In this document: positions 1 through 10,667 of the stretch, one piece after another
Layout: every line of letters begins with the position of its first letter
How positions within the stretch are numbered: the stretch's first letter is position 1
NCBI GenBank assembly: GCA_943788195.1
Contig: CALSPH010000002.1
Span: forward strand, 393,054-457,053
Reading direction: 5' to 3'
From: an uncultured Bacteroidia bacterium
GTDB lineage: Bacteria > Bacteroidota > Bacteroidia > NS11-12g > UBA955
Length of the DNA: 64,000 nt
The notes under the pieces: generated by a model
Databases searched by the model: none
What the model was told of the DNA's origin: nothing
Seen by the model: only the letters and a program-made list of their open reading frames with translations
Program-made: the position numbers and the translations under genes

Positions 1-992
1 AATTAGCTTCCATTGTAGGTAATACCAATGCGAAAAGATCAGCACGTATTCACTCTATATTTAATATCATTGGAGTTTCATGGATGGTTATAATTCTTCC
101 ATGGTTCTTACCAGTGCTCATTAATGTGATGGGGAGTATTTCTGGATTCTTTGGATTTTCAGTAGGCGACCCTTACGCCAATGGCGCAGATATGCCAATT
201 GCGCTATCCGGTTTTCATACTGCATTTAACTTAGCAAATGTTATCCTTCTGCTCGGTTTCGTGCCGTGGCTGGTTAAAGCAGCTATTTGGAGCGTGAAAC
301 AAAAAGAAGATGAAGATGATATAAAGGTGCAATTCATCAATAATTTTATTGGCACACCAGAGTTGGCCGTAGTTGAACTGCAAAAAGAAACTGCCCATTT
401 TGGGGAGATCGTGAGCAGAATGAACCGATATACCAAAGAGTTAATCAACGCGACTGAAGTTAAAACACGACAGAAAAAGCTTAAGAAATTAACTAAGTAT
501 GAACGCATTTCAGATGAGATTGAAATTGAAATCACCGAGTACATCACCAAACTTAGCGACCAAGAATTAACTCCTGGCACAAGTTTAATCTTTAGAAGTG
601 CTTTAAACATTTGCAACGACTTAGAACGAATTGGAGATATTTATTTCCAAATATCAAAAGCCATTGAAGATAAAAATGACAAGAAAATATGGTTTGATCA
701 AGCACAACGCGACAATATCAACGAAATGCTAGACAAAGTTGAAGAAGCGTTTACATTGATGGTGATTAATTTAGAATCAGATTATTCAAGCGTTAACACT
801 GTGCAAGCCAGAAAGATTGAAGACGAAATTAACATTCTGAGAAATACATTCCGTAAGCAAAACACAGAAAAACTGGGTAGCAAAGACTACAATATAAAAT
901 CTGCCATGGTTTATAATAATATTTTCTCCTCTCTTGAACGCGTAGGTGATCATATTATTAATGTAACAGAATCTGTTGCTGGCGAAATCTAA
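1..992 (+). CDS. Na+/Pi-cotransporter family protein, 5'-truncated by the window edge; C-terminal PhoU-like repeats
   Basis: The reading frame is open from position 3 with no stop before the listed Met at 84. It encodes hydrophobic transporter helices followed by two PhoU-like helical repeats (ELQKETAHFGEIV...; LERIGDIYFQISKAIE / LERVGDHIINVTESV). Confidence 0.55.
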   Translation, partial: LASIVGNTNAKRSARIHSIFNIIGVSWMVIILPWFLPVLINVMGSISGFFGFSVGDPYANGADMPIALSGFHTAFNLANVILLLGFVPWLVKAAIWSVKQKEDEDDIKVQFINNFIGTPELAVVELQKETAHFGEIVSRMNRYTKELINATEVKTRQKKLKKLTKYERISDEIEIEITEYITKLSDQELTPGTSLIFRSALNICNDLERIGDIYFQISKAIEDKNDKKIWFDQAQRDNINEMLDKVEEAFTLMVINLESDYSSVNTVQARKIEDEINILRNTFRKQNTEKLGSKDYNIKSAMVYNNIFSSLERVGDHIINVTESVAGEI

Positions 993-1056
993 TTTGAACC
1001 CTTTTGATAATGGGTTGTTAATTCTGGTAAGTTAAGTTATTGGGTTTGATGATATC

Positions 1057-2178
1057 ATGAAAAAAGAGAATAGATTAAAGGAAGTTGCAAGCGTATTCTT
1101 TAAATTAGGATGCTTTGCATTTGGTGGTCCTGCTGCGCATATCGCCATGATGCAGGAAGAAGTGGTCCATAAACGAAAGTGGATGACAGAGCAACACTTT
1201 CTGGACTTAATGGGGGCAACTAATTTAATACCCGGGCCCAACTCAACAGAAATGACCATGCATTGTGGGCATGAACGAGCTGGGTGGAAAGGCCTTTTTG
1301 TTGCAGGCTTCTGCTTTATTTTTCCTGCAGTAGTTATAACGGGGTTTTTTGCTTGGCTTTATCAGCAGTATGGGGAGTTACCTAATGTGAAACCAATCAT
1401 TTATGGAATTAAGCCTGCGGTTATTGCAATCATTGTAATGGCAGGTTATAAGTTGGGTAAAAAAGCCATAAAGAATACTGAACTCGCTGTTTTGGGTGCC
1501 GCCGCATTGGCGGCTTGTCTTTTAGGGGTAAATGAAATTTTGGTCATTTTTAGTTTTGGCATAATTGGCTTAATCCTGTATTACATAAAACGAAGTAAGT
1601 CAACATTGCATAGCTTCTTACCCCTTGTTTTGCTTCAGACAGTTACACCCAATACCATCAATTCATTCAAAATATTTTTATCCTTTTTAAAAGTAGGTGC
1701 CATTCTATATGGCAGCGGGTATGTGCTTTTTGCATTTTTAGATACTGAATTAGTCGCTAGGGGTTGGCTGAGCAGGCAAGTAATGATTGATGCGGTTGCT
1801 ATTGGACAAATTACTCCAGGCCCGGTATTATCTACGGCCACCTTTATTGGCTGGCAAATGAACGGTGTTACTGGAGCACTAGCTGCTACATTGGGTATTT
1901 TTCTCCCTTCTTTTCTATTCGTATGGCTACTAAACCCCATTATCCCCAAATTAAGCAAATCAAAACTTGCACGTGCCATACTCGATGCAGTTAATGTTGC
2001 AGCAGTTGCGCTAATTGCTGCGGTTTGTATCGAAATGTCAAAAGAGACCCTAACCGATTGGCGAACCATTGTTATCGCAATCATCAGCTTTGTTTTGGTA
2101 TACTTCGTTAAGAAATTCAACAGCGCATATGTAGTAATTATTGGTGCTGTGTTGGGATATTTACTTTATCTGATATAA
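1057..2178 (+). CDS. chrA: chromate transporter ChrA (CHR family)
   Basis: 373 aa polytopic membrane protein with two CHR half-domains. N-terminal motif FKLGCFAFGGPAAHIAMMQEEVVHKRKWMTEQHFLDLMGATNLIPGP is characteristic of ChrA. Confidence 0.8.
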   Translation: MKKENRLKEVASVFFKLGCFAFGGPAAHIAMMQEEVVHKRKWMTEQHFLDLMGATNLIPGPNSTEMTMHCGHERAGWKGLFVAGFCFIFPAVVITGFFAWLYQQYGELPNVKPIIYGIKPAVIAIIVMAGYKLGKKAIKNTELAVLGAAALAACLLGVNEILVIFSFGIIGLILYYIKRSKSTLHSFLPLVLLQTVTPNTINSFKIFLSFLKVGAILYGSGYVLFAFLDTELVARGWLSRQVMIDAVAIGQITPGPVLSTATFIGWQMNGVTGALAATLGIFLPSFLFVWLLNPIIPKLSKSKLARAILDAVNVAAVALIAAVCIEMSKETLTDWRTIVIAIISFVLVYFVKKFNSAYVVIIGAVLGYLLYLI

Positions 2179-2180
2179 AA

Positions 2181-2207
2181 AACCTGAAGCAAGCTCCAGG
2201 TTTTTTT
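2181..2207. terminator. bidirectional rho-independent terminator between convergent chrA and the UbiA-family gene
   Basis: Hairpin AACCTGAAGC...GCTCCAGG followed by a T7 run. Confidence 0.5.
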
Positions 2208-3084
2208 ATAACCAAACTAAACCCAACAGACTCAGCACAATGGCTATTTTGAGTAAGTTATTGCCTATGCTAGCATAGTTTGGATTCAACTTTTTATGCA
2301 AAATAAATACCGCCATTATGAGCATGAGCCAAATGACACTCATGATCCAAAGAGAATAATGTGCCCATCCATTGTTTATTCCAAACCAAACTAAAGGCAC
2401 AAAAGCCAATAATGTACACAGTCTCAAGAATTGTAAAAATCGTTTTGGGTTGTTTATAATTGAGGTTGAATAATAAGAGTAAACGGCCTTTCCCTTAATT
2501 TGCTCTTGATCTTTTATCCCTTCGCGAATAAGAATGATAAAGAAGATAAACCAACCATACAAGAACATATCCGTGTTAATTACCTGATAATGCAACGTAA
2601 TACTAAAAAATGAAGCAATGGTAAGTAAGGTGGCTGATAACTCCCGCACGTAAGGGATACGTTTTAGCTTATGCGAATAAAACCATAAAAGAAAACTAAA
2701 GCCCAAAAAGAATAATCCAATTTTAAATGAAGCAATAAATGCGATCAAAAGACCTGTTCCAACAAACAGAACATAGGTGTTGAGTAAAAAATTCTTACTG
2801 ATTACCATGAACAGTCGTGTGCGTTTCGGGTAGTTTATTAAATCGACCTCTTTATCGTAATAAAAGTTGATTAAGTAACCCGCTGCAATGAAAATGGTGG
2901 TACATAAAACAATGATATGCAGTTTTGCATCCAACAGGATATCCCATCGGTCATACCATTGATTAAAAACAAAAAAAGCCGCTATATACTGGGCTAAAAC
3001 CGTCAACAAGATATTATACCATCTCGTGATTGATAATAAAACCGTTGCTTTAAAGATCAATGAATTCTTTGATCTAGGGGCCAT
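2206..3084 (-). CDS. UbiA-family prenyltransferase (polyprenyl transferase), integral membrane
   Basis: 292 aa with about 8 TM helices. Aspartate-rich motif NFYYDKEVD and UbiA-like topology. Adjacent to mevalonate pathway genes. Confidence 0.55.
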   Translation of the reverse strand: MAPRSKNSLIFKATVLLSITRWYNILLTVLAQYIAAFFVFNQWYDRWDILLDAKLHIIVLCTTIFIAAGYLINFYYDKEVDLINYPKRTRLFMVISKNFLLNTYVLFVGTGLLIAFIASFKIGLFFLGFSFLLWFYSHKLKRIPYVRELSATLLTIASFFSITLHYQVINTDMFLYGWFIFFIILIREGIKDQEQIKGKAVYSYYSTSIINNPKRFLQFLRLCTLLAFVPLVWFGINNGWAHYSLWIMSVIWLMLIMAVFILHKKLNPNYASIGNNLLKIAIVLSLLGLVWL

Positions 3085-3089
3085 GATAA

Positions 3090-4070
3090 TTATAGATTAC
3101 AAACTACTTCGAGTTCATGTGACTTCAATAGGCGCCTTGTTTCATCTATATCCTTGGTAAAGCCCAAGATATAGCCTCCTCCTCCACTTCCGCAGAGCTT
3201 TAAGTAATACGCATTATTCTCAAGACCTTTTCGCCAGATATCCTCTAAATTAGCTGGTATCATGGGTTTAAAGTTTTCAAACAACAAAGCGCTTAACTTC
3301 TTCAAGTTCCTAAATAAAGGTGCAGAATCTTGTTCCAAATAGGCCTTAATGCAAGCATCATTATATTTCTTTAAGGTGGTTTTTACCATCTTTCTAAAAC
3401 CTTGCTCTTTACATTTCTCCATAAAGATACTCACCATACTACTAGTGCTGCCAGGATGCCCACTGTTAATTAAGAAAATCGCCCCTTTGTTGGGTTCATC
3501 GATTGGCATAACGGTGGTTCCTACTTCTTCTTTTGATTTAATTAAGACAGGCAATTTCAAGTAACAAATCAATGGATCTAATCCTGAACTCTTCCCATGA
3601 AAATACGACTCTATTTGCCCCAACTCTTGCTTAATTTGCGTGATTATTTTGGGGTCGTTCCATTCTGAATCGCTGGATAAATTCAATCCATATTTACTAT
3701 ACAAGGCCGCCACTAGAGCACCAGAGCTGCCTATACCAAATCCCTGTGGGATACTGCTATCAAATGACAACCCATTTGCAATGTCCAAATCTAATTGTTC
3801 CAAATCCAATGACGCAATAAGTTCATTGTTATCATTCAGTCCTTTTAAATAGTTAAATAGTTTGGCCAAATTCAAATTCGACATTTTAGCAATTTCTGAA
3901 TCATCACTGAGAGTCAATTTGCCATAAAACTGATTGTAAGGAATGGATAGACCCATCGAGTCTTCAATTATGCCATACTCACCAAACAGGAGTATTTTGG
4001 AATAAAACAAGGTATCTTTAACTAATCCCACGATTATAATTGTTTTGGGCCATTTCCAATGGAACTGCAA
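3090..4070 (-). CDS. GHMP-family kinase, mevalonate kinase-like
   Basis: GHMP ATP-binding motif PQGFGIGSSGALVAALY. Directly downstream of and co-oriented with the diphosphomevalonate decarboxylase gene. The 5' end overlaps the decarboxylase gene by 37 nt, so the true start may be downstream. Confidence 0.55.
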   Translation of the reverse strand: MQFHWKWPKTIIIVGLVKDTLFYSKILLFGEYGIIEDSMGLSIPYNQFYGKLTLSDDSEIAKMSNLNLAKLFNYLKGLNDNNELIASLDLEQLDLDIANGLSFDSSIPQGFGIGSSGALVAALYSKYGLNLSSDSEWNDPKIITQIKQELGQIESYFHGKSSGLDPLICYLKLPVLIKSKEEVGTTVMPIDEPNKGAIFLINSGHPGSTSSMVSIFMEKCKEQGFRKMVKTTLKKYNDACIKAYLEQDSAPLFRNLKKLSALLFENFKPMIPANLEDIWRKGLENNAYYLKLCGSGGGGYILGFTKDIDETRRLLKSHELEVVCNL

Positions 4071-5086
4071 ATATACTTATTTTCTTGGCAGTACTGTAAA
4101 AGGTGCTCTCCAGCAAATTGAAAGATCGCATCTTGCTCCTCTTGAGGGAATAAAACATGAACATTGGCTCCTGCATCTAAGGTAACAACAGGCCGCAGTC
4201 CAGTTTGTTTTCTAAAATCCCAAACTTTTTCTATGATGGCCAATGTGTTCGGGCGCATCAATACGAAGTATGGATTAGATGTCATCATCAAGGCGTGCAA
4301 CATCATGGCTTCTGATTCAACAATATGGGTAAAAAGCCCCAAGTCGCCTTCTTTCAAGGCTTTTTTCATGAGTGACATGTTTTTCCCTGCCTCCTCATAA
4401 CGCGCTGAAGCAAATGGGTGATTATTCAGCAGGCTATGACCTAAGGTACTGCTCACCAATTTCTTCCCTTCATCCACCAATAAAATCATATCCTTAAATC
4501 CATAGAAGCCACTAAAAACTTCTTTCTCAGAAAGTTGAGTAGCAAATTCATCACTACTGCCCACATAATCTTTGTGAGCACCCCAAGAAACCAATCCACC
4601 ATACAAGGATCTACAAGCACTTCCAGAACCTAGACGAGCTGCAACACTTGCTTTGCGATAAAAGTCTAAGGTCTTGTTTCCTTCTACGTGCTCCTCAATG
4701 GAACACAAGCATAAAGCCAAGGCACTCATTCCACTCGCAGATGATGCAATACCACTGCTGTGTGGAAAGGTATTAACTGTGTTAATTACAATTTTAAACT
4801 GTTTCGTAAAGGTAAAAAGATGTGCAGTTCTATTCAGAAACTGAATAATTTTACCTTCAAACTCTGGAATTTCCTTGCTGTCATACTTTACTAAAATTTC
4901 AAAATCGTCTTTTGTAGTCTTTTCTTCTAAACTAACTTTGGTAATGGTTTTAGCTTCATTGAGTGTAAAGCTTATTGAAGGATTTGCAGGCAATTGTATG
5001 CCCATTTTACCCCAATATTTTACTAAGGCTATATTACTTGGACTTTCCCATTTTGAACTTATGTTCATCACAACAAAAGTAACCAA
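4034..5086 (-). CDS. mvaD: diphosphomevalonate decarboxylase
   Basis: Signature SPSNIALVKYWGK motif and GHMP-like ATP loop (SSGIASSASG). Confidence 0.8.
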   Translation of the reverse strand: MVTFVVMNISSKWESPSNIALVKYWGKMGIQLPANPSISFTLNEAKTITKVSLEEKTTKDDFEILVKYDSKEIPEFEGKIIQFLNRTAHLFTFTKQFKIVINTVNTFPHSSGIASSASGMSALALCLCSIEEHVEGNKTLDFYRKASVAARLGSGSACRSLYGGLVSWGAHKDYVGSSDEFATQLSEKEVFSGFYGFKDMILLVDEGKKLVSSTLGHSLLNNHPFASARYEEAGKNMSLMKKALKEGDLGLFTHIVESEAMMLHALMMTSNPYFVLMRPNTLAIIEKVWDFRKQTGLRPVVTLDAGANVHVLFPQEEQDAIFQFAGEHLLQYCQENKYICSSIGNGPKQL

Positions 5087-5152
5087 TGATCAAATTAAAG
5101 GTTCATTATGATATACACATTAGATAAAGGTGTAACTTATACCCATAATCTT

Positions 5153-5160
5153 TAGCTTTG
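5153..5160 (+). promoter_or_regulatory. putative Bacteroidota sigma-A -7 box (TAnnTTTG) upstream of the MBL-hydrolase gene
   Basis: TAGCTTTG lies about 20 nt upstream of the ATG at 5180. Confidence 0.3.
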
Positions 5161-5179
5161 TGCTTCAAATTATCTCATT

Positions 5180-5827
5180 ATGTTGCGCATACAAAAATTC
5201 ACTTTTAACCCCTTTCAAGAAAACACTTATGTTATTGTAAACGGGTCAACCGCTATTTTAATTGATCCCGGTATGAGCAATAAAATAGAAGAGGAAGAGT
5301 TGATTTCATTTCTCAAGGCACACAACTTAATCTTAGAAGCGGTGTGGCTCACCCATGCACATATTGATCATATTATGGGAATTGGATTCATACAGACTCA
5401 TTTTGATGTTCCATTTTATATGCATAGTTTAGAGCATGAAAATTTAAAAAGTGGCCCATTGGTAGCCAAAGCATATGGTATCCCGTTTAACGATTTTGAA
5501 GCGTTCTCCCCTTTTCTTTTAGATGATATGGAAAGGATATCAATCAATGACCAAACCTTTGAAATAATATTTGCGCCTGGACACAGTGCTGGAAGTATGT
5601 GCTTTTATCATAAAGACACCGGACAACTCATTGGAGGTGACGTACTATTTAGGCAAAGCATAGGAAGAACAGATTTGCCGGGTGGTGATTTTGAAACATT
5701 GCAGCAATCCATTCAGCAGAAAGTATATCTTCTTCCTGATGACACCACTGTATATTCGGGTCATGGTCCTGAGACCACCATTGGTTATGAAAAAGTAAAT
5801 AACGCCTTTATAAAAGCGCTCAATTGA
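5180..5827 (+). CDS. MBL-fold metallo-hydrolase (hydroxyacylglutathione hydrolase-like)
   Basis: HxHxDH metal-binding motif (LTHAHIDHIMG) and downstream His/Asp ligands. Confidence 0.7.
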   Translation: MLRIQKFTFNPFQENTYVIVNGSTAILIDPGMSNKIEEEELISFLKAHNLILEAVWLTHAHIDHIMGIGFIQTHFDVPFYMHSLEHENLKSGPLVAKAYGIPFNDFEAFSPFLLDDMERISINDQTFEIIFAPGHSAGSMCFYHKDTGQLIGGDVLFRQSIGRTDLPGGDFETLQQSIQQKVYLLPDDTTVYSGHGPETTIGYEKVNNAFIKALN

Positions 5828-5829
5828 TT

Positions 5830-7044
5830 TTATTTGGCAGTTTCTCCACCTTTACCTGAAAGCGATGCCATATCAAACAGCAAGCTAAATCGCAATTGAT
5901 TGGATAAAGGGTGTTGGTTGCCATTGGTAGGGGCAACATACGTTACATCCAAACCAAATACGTTATATCGTATACCCAAACCAAGGGTTAAAAATTGTCG
6001 ATCTCCTTTTAATTCATTCTCGTGAAAATAACCGATACGGGCAGCAAATTGCTTCTGATACCACCATTCAAATCCAAAAGAGAGATTGTATTCTTTTAAC
6101 TCCTCACTAAATCCATCTGGAGCATCTGAAAATGATTGTAGCATACCTGCTATTGTTCCAACATCTGGATTTTTACCTTTAACGATAATTAATTGACCCG
6201 TTGCTGTATCACGAATTACTTGTGGATTCGTTGGCACCAAAAGTTTATTGATATCCGTAGTAAACATAATGCTGTTGTACTCATCTATATCCATGTTTAA
6301 GGCTCCACCAATTCTAAGATTTGTAGGAATAAAATCTCTTGCTGTATTATCAGTATACGTGATTTTTGCACCGATGTTGCTAATATTTGCACCCAAAGCA
6401 AGCTTTGAGTTGTATTTTTTCATTTTACTGTTCTTTAACTTGGTTTGATAAAACCATGAAATATCACCTGCTCCAGAACGTCCTGGTCTTACATTGGCAC
6501 TGGTAAAACTTCTTGGTACTAAGTTAGAGTTGATATAACGCAAGGTTACACCAATTGACATTTTCTTACTTAAAGCGGTTGATATACCTGCATCCAATGC
6601 AAACTCGTTTGGAGTACTGTTACCTAACGAGTTACCAAAGTTGTCAGTATATGCGATATTTCCAAGCGAAAAATATCTAAATGAACCTCCAATAGCAAAA
6701 CGATCTCCTACTTTGCTGTAACCAGATAAATATGAATGGTGCATATCGTTAACAATCTTTCTTAACCACGGGGCATAAGAAAGGCTAAAGCCATTGTCTT
6801 TCTCCGCAAATACAAGTTTGGACATATTCCAATACACTGAGTTTACATCTGGACTAATTGCAACACCTGCTTCTCCCAATGCTGCTGAACGAGAATCAGG
6901 AGCAATACCTAAAAAGGGAACGGAAGTAGTAACAGTATTTAGCTGGCCCGAAATAGTACTATTATTAATCGGAGTCTGTGCTTTAACTGACTGATTAGCA
7001 AACAGTAATGTAGTAACGACTAATATGCCTTTATTTATTTTCAT
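5830..7044 (-). CDS. porV: type IX secretion system outer-membrane protein PorV (LptO)-like
   Basis: 404 aa signal-peptide-bearing beta-barrel (alternating hydrophobic strands, aromatic-rich C-terminus). Sits immediately downstream of a PorU-like gene, the conserved porU-porV arrangement. Confidence 0.6.
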   Translation of the reverse strand: MKINKGILVVTTLLFANQSVKAQTPINNSTISGQLNTVTTSVPFLGIAPDSRSAALGEAGVAISPDVNSVYWNMSKLVFAEKDNGFSLSYAPWLRKIVNDMHHSYLSGYSKVGDRFAIGGSFRYFSLGNIAYTDNFGNSLGNSTPNEFALDAGISTALSKKMSIGVTLRYINSNLVPRSFTSANVRPGRSGAGDISWFYQTKLKNSKMKKYNSKLALGANISNIGAKITYTDNTARDFIPTNLRIGGALNMDIDEYNSIMFTTDINKLLVPTNPQVIRDTATGQLIIVKGKNPDVGTIAGMLQSFSDAPDGFSEELKEYNLSFGFEWWYQKQFAARIGYFHENELKGDRQFLTLGLGIRYNVFGLDVTYVAPTNGNQHPLSNQLRFSLLFDMASLSGKGGETAK

Positions 7045-7104
7045 ATAAATTATGTGTGCAAAAGTAATTGTTTAAATGGTTTTTTAGTAATCGACACCCT
7101 TTTT

Positions 7105-10100
7105 CTATTGTTTGGCATAAACGATTTTTTCTGTATGAGATTTAACCTCTCCATCTGATGTGGTAAGCGTACAACGCAGGATATACATACCCGATTTAAG
7201 ATAAGTAATCCAATTGTTTCCCTGATTCATTTCAAACTCTATATGCTGATGCACAGCACTTAGGTTGCGAGTATGATCAATAACTATTTTACCGTTTAAA
7301 TTCATTAATTGACTTTTAATTACCATATCCACTCCAGGTCTATTGTGATCAATAATTATCCGTGGATTGCTAGAAAACGGGTTAGGCACACTTCTTATTG
7401 TGTAGATTTTAAATTCTTCTGTCTTTTTTCCGACATGAAATGTAATTGAAGACTCACTAGAGTTATTATAGGTATCCCAAACCTTCAAATGCAAGGTGTG
7501 AAAGCCAGCTGATAAATCAGACATTTGGTATCCAATTTCACCCTTTTTAAAGGTGCCAGGGGAACTGGTGTAAAAATCATTTACGATAATCTGTTGCTCC
7601 AAATCTGTCCCCTTATCTAAGGTTAAAACGATGTTTCTTCCAATTCCAGAAGAACTCAAATTAATTCCATGATCATCAAATAAATCGGCTATAAGGAAAG
7701 GCGTTTCATCTGTTGACCCACCATTAATAAATGTTCGGTCATCAATAAACAATTTAATTTGTGGACCCAATTCATCTGCTTCAGGGTTTTCGGCAGCTCC
7801 TCCGATATAAATATCATTCTTAACCCCAGCAGCATCATCGATATTGTTGTGTCCATATAGGCTTATTTTACCAAACCCAACTTGATAATTGATATCCTTA
7901 GGGACAATAAAAGAAAAAGCGTATTTACCGTCTTTTGCCAAAACCTTACCGCTGTAAATGATACTGCGCTGATGCTTGTAATCATAAGAGATTCCTTCGG
8001 CTCCGTTACCCAAGGTTTTTTCATCCAATGGTTTATCAAAAATGGTTACATCAATAAGACCCTCAAAATCTGACCATGGGCTTCCATCCCTTAATTCAAG
8101 GTGACCGGATATTGAAACTTTCGATAGCGCCTCAAACGTATCCAGTGGAGCCGCATCATGCCCATTGATGGTATCAATCAATATGCGATTTTTTGGCTTC
8201 GCTAATCGCATGGATGGATCTCCAATAAGCGTAAACCTGCGATCATTGCTATTAATGCTTGGCCTATTTTTCGTACGCATATAAATATCTCCGATTCGGT
8301 CGAAACTATTATCGGCAAGGATATTATTAGTCCAAACCCCTTGATTTAAACTAAAATTTGGACCAGAATACACGATTCGTGTAGTGGTTAACAATGCAAC
8401 TGGACCACCTACTGCATTCAACATCATATGCTCCCCTGCAGATTTCTCCTTCGGGTTATCATAAGAAGTTAATTCACAAGTAGCGGTTACAAAAACAGGC
8501 ATTTGATATCTATTTTCCCATCCATCGATTTGATCAACGGTAACCACACGTTCTTTCGCCATTCCAGCTACTCCACCATGACCTATGTAATTAAACACCA
8601 GTGTGCCTTTATTCATGGTTTCATCAATTTCATTGGATGCTTCTGGATAAGAACCTGCACCTCCTAATAAAACTTCTTTGTACGCATCCATATATATTTT
8701 AGATGGATTGTAGATTGGGTGGTTAGTCTGTGATGTGGATTCTAAGGATTCAGAGTGAAATAAATGAGCACTATCCCATTTTTCATCCATATCATCTGCT
8801 AAGAATGTGATGCCCAAACGCCATTTTCCAAAACTTTTTGGACTATCATATCGCATTAGCTTTTCAACCACTTTGTTGGCTTCATCTTCACTTCCAACTG
8901 GAATTCTTCCTATACTAATTTCGAGGCGTTGATTGCTTAACCATAGACCATCTGAATTGTCTAAAAAGCCATAATAGTCATCACTGCAATACGACCCTAC
9001 ATCCGAATTTGAATTATCACTCTCAAAGGTTGGGACAAAATTGGTGTTGCTTTCAACACGATTTTTATAATCATAAGATGCATCGCCAAATAGTAATAGA
9101 TATTTCAAATCACTTCCCCCGTCTCTATAATAAAGATAACGCATAAAATCGCGTATAGCCGTTATGTCCTGTATCCCAGAAGAGAACTCATTATAAATGG
9201 TTTGCGGGGCAATCACTTCTACCGTGAGCTTATCATGATCTCGCCTGTGCTGCGCTAATTTGTTGGCTGCGCTCCAAAAGGCTGGATGTGCAATAATGAC
9301 CATATCTGGTGGGGTGATACCTGCAATATTTTGGTTGGATACGCCACCCTCATCCACTGGTTTAAGTAATCCAGTACCATCAAAGCTCACGAATCGAAAA
9401 GTACCGCCATTGTTTTCTGCAACAAAGCGACTTTCAGAACCGGAAACTGTTGTATTCATTAATTGAATAGACCATGGGTTAGATATATTCCAAAACGAAT
9501 ACGTTTTACCCCCATTCTGCATTACAAACTCGCTAGTTGCTTTACCAATGATATCTTCATTTTGAATAATACGATTATTGCCCAGTACCAATTCTGATTT
9601 AGCAATCATCTCAAAGTAGTCTAAATAGCCCAAGGAATTGTTCCCTCCTTTTGAATAAGCAATGCGCAACAAATTATTCGCATTTACATTAGGGGTGTAT
9701 TGTACCAACGATTCAGTATACCGAATGTCACCTGATTCTTCAGACCCATACAATCCGCCAACATTCCCAATATTTACACCATTGAATTGATAACTCACAC
9801 TACTCGTTGCTCCCCCACCGGCAAATTTGATTTTAAGCTTGGCAGGAATGCCTGGTGCAGGATTAGGAACTGCTATATTGAAATCCAATGAACTGGATTC
9901 TTGAAAAATCTCGCCATGGTAATCTTTGCCACTTTTATAAATTTTATGTTCTTCTAGTTCATGAAATGAGAGATGATCATATGTACGCACTGTATTATCT
10001 GGTGTTTTCGAACTGGAGTTTAATGCTTGAATTCTTTTTCCAGCGGTTCCGCCAAACGTCATAAAGTAAATCGTTTTATCACTGTAGAGGTTAACTTCAT

Positions 10101-10509
10101 GATAATATCCATTCACTCCCCTTTTCCATTTATGGGGCGCTTCTCCCCAAAACAGAATATAATCCGACTCATTCAACACCCCATCTCCACCATCAACCAC
10201 TTGAATAGCAATCTCATCTAAATTAAAACTACGCGCAACGTTGTTTTCCGGGTTCATCATACCCCCATGGTTGCCAAATAGTTTAATTGTTGCAGGGTCG
10301 ATAGAATTGATATCCCATCCCCAATTTTTAATATCTGCGCCAGTAACCTGATGTACTCCATTCAAGGTTACGTTTAATTTACGCCAAACGCCATTTGCAA
10401 GAGGTGAATTTATTTTACTAATATTCTGTGCTTGCATTACTTCTCCGTTAAACATCGCTAAAATTAGAATTATAACGCTTAACCGTTTGAAGCAAATGGG
10501 TTTGTTCAT
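7105..10509 (-). CDS. porU: T9SS C-terminal signal peptidase PorU-like (gingipain/C25-type peptidase domain protein)
   Basis: 1134 aa with signal peptide and a large multidomain protein of typical PorU size. Synteny with porV and gldJ. Ends with a T9SS-like C-terminal beta-sandwich. Confidence 0.6.
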   Translation of the reverse strand: MNKPICFKRLSVIILILAMFNGEVMQAQNISKINSPLANGVWRKLNVTLNGVHQVTGADIKNWGWDINSIDPATIKLFGNHGGMMNPENNVARSFNLDEIAIQVVDGGDGVLNESDYILFWGEAPHKWKRGVNGYYHEVNLYSDKTIYFMTFGGTAGKRIQALNSSSKTPDNTVRTYDHLSFHELEEHKIYKSGKDYHGEIFQESSSLDFNIAVPNPAPGIPAKLKIKFAGGGATSSVSYQFNGVNIGNVGGLYGSEESGDIRYTESLVQYTPNVNANNLLRIAYSKGGNNSLGYLDYFEMIAKSELVLGNNRIIQNEDIIGKATSEFVMQNGGKTYSFWNISNPWSIQLMNTTVSGSESRFVAENNGGTFRFVSFDGTGLLKPVDEGGVSNQNIAGITPPDMVIIAHPAFWSAANKLAQHRRDHDKLTVEVIAPQTIYNEFSSGIQDITAIRDFMRYLYYRDGGSDLKYLLLFGDASYDYKNRVESNTNFVPTFESDNSNSDVGSYCSDDYYGFLDNSDGLWLSNQRLEISIGRIPVGSEDEANKVVEKLMRYDSPKSFGKWRLGITFLADDMDEKWDSAHLFHSESLESTSQTNHPIYNPSKIYMDAYKEVLLGGAGSYPEASNEIDETMNKGTLVFNYIGHGGVAGMAKERVVTVDQIDGWENRYQMPVFVTATCELTSYDNPKEKSAGEHMMLNAVGGPVALLTTTRIVYSGPNFSLNQGVWTNNILADNSFDRIGDIYMRTKNRPSINSNDRRFTLIGDPSMRLAKPKNRILIDTINGHDAAPLDTFEALSKVSISGHLELRDGSPWSDFEGLIDVTIFDKPLDEKTLGNGAEGISYDYKHQRSIIYSGKVLAKDGKYAFSFIVPKDINYQVGFGKISLYGHNNIDDAAGVKNDIYIGGAAENPEADELGPQIKLFIDDRTFINGGSTDETPFLIADLFDDHGINLSSSGIGRNIVLTLDKGTDLEQQIIVNDFYTSSPGTFKKGEIGYQMSDLSAGFHTLHLKVWDTYNNSSESSITFHVGKKTEEFKIYTIRSVPNPFSSNPRIIIDHNRPGVDMVIKSQLMNLNGKIVIDHTRNLSAVHQHIEFEMNQGNNWITYLKSGMYILRCTLTTSDGEVKSHTEKIVYAKQ

Positions 10510-10641
10510 CTTAAATTATTTTTTTTTAAACAGTGGACTTTGTTGTATCTTTGAGTGTTTATTATATCAAACAACCTCTAAACGAAGTTACGGATAAAAT
10601 ATTTTATTCCGAATTACGTTTCAATGTTATGACCAAAAAAT

Positions 10642-10649
10642 TATATTTG
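10642..10649 (+). promoter_or_regulatory. putative -7 box TATATTTG upstream of the porP/sprF-family gene
   Basis: Perfect TAnnTTTG match 19 nt upstream of the ATG at 10668, in the divergent porU/sprF intergenic region. Confidence 0.3.
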
Positions 10650-10667
10650 CACTAATTACATTATTAC

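Noticed and set aside
215-616. Antisense ORFs nested in larger genes (e.g. 215-616, 1635-2120, 14267-14534, 18114-18548, 40461-40724, 45107-46417 and others under 140 aa)
   Set aside because: They overlap well-supported genes on the opposite strand, have no motifs and have compositional bias consistent with shadow ORFs.
84-992. Met at 84 as the true start of the first gene
   Set aside because: The frame is open to the window edge and the upstream residues are transporter-like TM sequence, so the gene is 5'-truncated.
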